Source: Brumimicrobium sp.
GTDB lineage: Bacteria; Bacteroidota; Bacteroidia; Flavobacteriales_D; Crocinitomicaceae
Assembly (NCBI GenBank): GCA_023957385.1
Contig: JAMLGZ010000001.1
Coordinates: 666,923 to 730,922 of the forward strand
Direction: 5' to 3'
Length of the DNA: 64,000 nucleotides
Within the stretch, counting starts at the first letter, position 1. Every line of letters begins with the position of its first letter. Shown in pieces: positions 62,235 through 64,000 of this stretch. The translations under genes and the position numbers were made by a program. Below the pieces are notes generated by a model that saw only the letters and a list, made by a program, of their open reading frames with translations, had not been told where the DNA came from and did no database searches.

Positions 62235-62450
62235 ATGAAAAAATTACTACTAATTGGATTTGGTGCTTTAATGTTAACTACTTTAGCTTCTTGTAAAAAA
62301 GACTGGACTTGTGTTTGTCAATCTTATGGTGAAGTGTCACAATACACAATCTATGGTAAAACTAAGAAACAGGCAAAGAATCAATGTACAGATGCTGTTT
62401 CTGTTGGTTTAGTTACTGTAGGTGGTGATAATGATTGCAGTCTAAAGTAA
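62235..62450 (+). CDS. Small Cys-rich lipoprotein
   Basis: Lipobox LASC, then KKDWTCVC...C...C. It has its own -7 element TATATTTG (62198-62205) and its own terminator. Confidence 0.8.
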   Translation: MKKLLLIGFGALMLTTLASCKKDWTCVCQSYGEVSQYTIYGKTKKQAKNQCTDAVSVGLVTVGGDNDCSLK

Positions 62451-62471
62451 TTAGATTACAAATTTCAAATT

Positions 62472-62502
62472 AAAAAGAGTATCTAAAAAGGTGCTCTTTT
62501 TT
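62472..62502 (+). terminator. Rho-independent terminator
   Basis: Stem AAAAAGAGTATCT / AGGTGCTCTTTTT followed by Ts. Confidence 0.75.
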
Positions 62503-62557
62503 ATTTTAGAATACATGTCTTGTCCTAACATAGCGTTACACTAAAAAAAGTAATGTT

Positions 62558-62989
62558 ATGGATAAATCTAAAAATCAGTACATTAAACGTACACAAAAAG
62601 ATTACAGCATGTCTTTTAAATTAGCTGTAGTTAAAGAAGTTGAAAGCGGAGAAATTAGTACCGAAGCAGTAATGCGAAAGTACGGTATACAATCTCATAG
62701 TACAATTTTAAATTGGAGAAGGAAATTTGGTATCTTTGATTTAAAAAACAGTTCTAATTCTATATTTATGAAAACACCACAACAAAGAATCCAAGAGTTA
62801 GAGCAGAAATTACGGTTATTGGAATCAAAGAATGATTTCTTAGAGGAACAATTAATGAAAGCCGAGGATAAAGCTTATATTTTGGATAAGCTTATAGACA
62901 TAGCAGAAAAAGAATATATGCTTCCTGTAAGAAAAAACTCCTTCCCCGATCAATCAAAGAAACAAACAAAGAAAGGCAAAGGTCAATAG
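62558..62989 (+). CDS. IS3 OrfA (HTH and coiled coil)
   Basis: YSMSFKLAVV...YGI...TILNWRRK HTH followed by a leucine-zipper-like segment. Confidence 0.92.
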   Translation: MDKSKNQYIKRTQKDYSMSFKLAVVKEVESGEISTEAVMRKYGIQSHSTILNWRRKFGIFDLKNSSNSIFMKTPQQRIQELEQKLRLLESKNDFLEEQLMKAEDKAYILDKLIDIAEKEYMLPVRKNSFPDQSKKQTKKGKGQ

Positions 62990-63849
62990 GCTATCTTTGT
63001 GGATTGGTCGGGATAAATAGACAATACTATTATCGTAGTTTCTGGCTTATAAATGAAAAACGAGAAGTCGCTAGCCAAGTTATTGAAATGGTTAATAATG
63101 TACGTATAAAAATGCCTAGAATAGGTACTAAGAAGCTTTATTTTCTTTTAAAAGAAGAATTAAAAGGTCTTCATGTGGGTAGAGATAAACTTTTTGATAT
63201 TCTTAGAGCAAATCATATGTTAGTAATTCCAAGGAAAAACTATCATATCACAACTAATTCTCATCATCGATTTCATAAATATAAAAATATTGTAGAGAAT
63301 TTAGAAATAACAAAACCAGAACAAGTATGGGTATCAGATATAACTTATATTGAAGGAAGAGGTAATGGTTATTTAGCTCTAGTAACGGATGCTTATTCAA
63401 AGAGGATAATGGGGTATGATTTATCAAATAGCCTTGCAACAGAAGGTGCTTTAAGAGCTCTTAAAATGGCCTGTAAAAATCGTATATATAAGAATCATCC
63501 TTTGATTCATCATTCTGATAGAGGAATACAATATTGTAGTAATAAATATCAAGAATGTCTTAAAAGGAAAAATATTCGACCTAGTATGACTGAAAGCTAT
63601 GATCCGTATGCAAACGCGGTAGCTGAAAGAGTAAATGGAATATTAAAGGATGAGTTTTTATTGGAAAATTATAAAGCTGATATTCAAACAATGAAAAAAA
63701 TTGTAAAAGAATCTATTGAAATCTATAATAACCAAAGACCACATCTGTCATGTGAATTGTTAACACCAAGTAAAATGCATATGCAAAGAACTATAAAAAG
63801 AAAAACTTATAAAAAAACTTCTGTGAAGCTAGCTTCACAGAAGTTTTAA
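62932..63849 (+). CDS. IS3 OrfB (DDE integrase core), expressed as an OrfAB fusion by -1 frameshift
   Basis: WVSDITY, HHSDRGIQY and NAVAERVNGILKDE motifs. The -1 frame is open from the A-AAA-AAC slippery site at 62932-62938 into track ORF 63004..63849. Confidence 0.9.
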   Translation, partial: KKLLPRSIKETNKERQRSIGYLCGLVGINRQYYYRSFWLINEKREVASQVIEMVNNVRIKMPRIGTKKLYFLLKEELKGLHVGRDKLFDILRANHMLVIPRKNYHITTNSHHRFHKYKNIVENLEITKPEQVWVSDITYIEGRGNGYLALVTDAYSKRIMGYDLSNSLATEGALRALKMACKNRIYKNHPLIHHSDRGIQYCSNKYQECLKRKNIRPSMTESYDPYANAVAERVNGILKDEFLLENYKADIQTMKKIVKESIEIYNNQRPHLSCELLTPSKMHMQRTIKRKTYKKTSVKLASQKF

Positions 63850-64000
63850 TTATTTTTGTTTAAAATATGTAACGCTTATTTAGGACGATACAACATCTGT
63901 TATTTACATAAAACTTTTATATTTGGTAAAATTTTTTAAATTAGTGGTATCTTTATTGCACTGCTGTTTATCTTGAAATTAAAAATAAAATAGTAATGAA

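Larger units (their letters stand above)
62516..63892 (+). mobile_element. IS3-family insertion sequence
   Basis: TG...CA ends with 25-bp IRs TGTCTTGTCCTAACATAGCGTTACA versus TGTATCGTCCTAAATAAGCGTTACA (20/25 by hand count). 3-bp flanking duplication ACA at 62513-62515 and 63893-63895. Confidence 0.93.

Overview
AT-rich window from a Bacteroidota genome. The evidence is T9SS C-terminal domains, TAnnTTTG -7 promoter elements, A-rich start contexts without Shine-Dalgarno motifs and the Bacteroidota-type dcw gene order. A Flavobacteriales-like host is inferred, not proven. Most of the window (about 16.5-62 kb) is core genome: DUF3109, a SAM methyltransferase, YbjN, mgtE, the dcw cluster mraZ-rsmH-ftsL-ftsI-murE-mraY-murD-ftsW-murG-murC-ftsQ-ftsA-ftsZ-yqeY, rnhB, an M20 dipeptidase, a type-B T9SS cargo, tatC, DUF5686, lptB, a PP2C phosphatase, an lpxD-like gene, sufT/sufBCD, waaA and purB. 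The left end carries a CzcA/CusA RND pump that runs off the window edge, preceded by a His-rich partner. From 3.7 to 16.4 kb is an accessory cluster of secreted proteins. It holds a triply inactivated S8 protease (5' loss, IS4 insertion with target duplication, in-frame TAA), a small T9SS cargo and a two-gene operon. That operon is the most interesting feature: a Sec-exported beta-helix protein with no T9SS CTD, followed by a 1749-aa T9SS cargo with six tandem 80-aa 'E(Y/L/M/F)x(W/F/I)DxDPGxGxG...WGP' repeats on an Ig-like stalk. An intact IS3-family element with a -1 frameshift signal closes the window. No rRNA, tRNA or CRISPR array was recognised.
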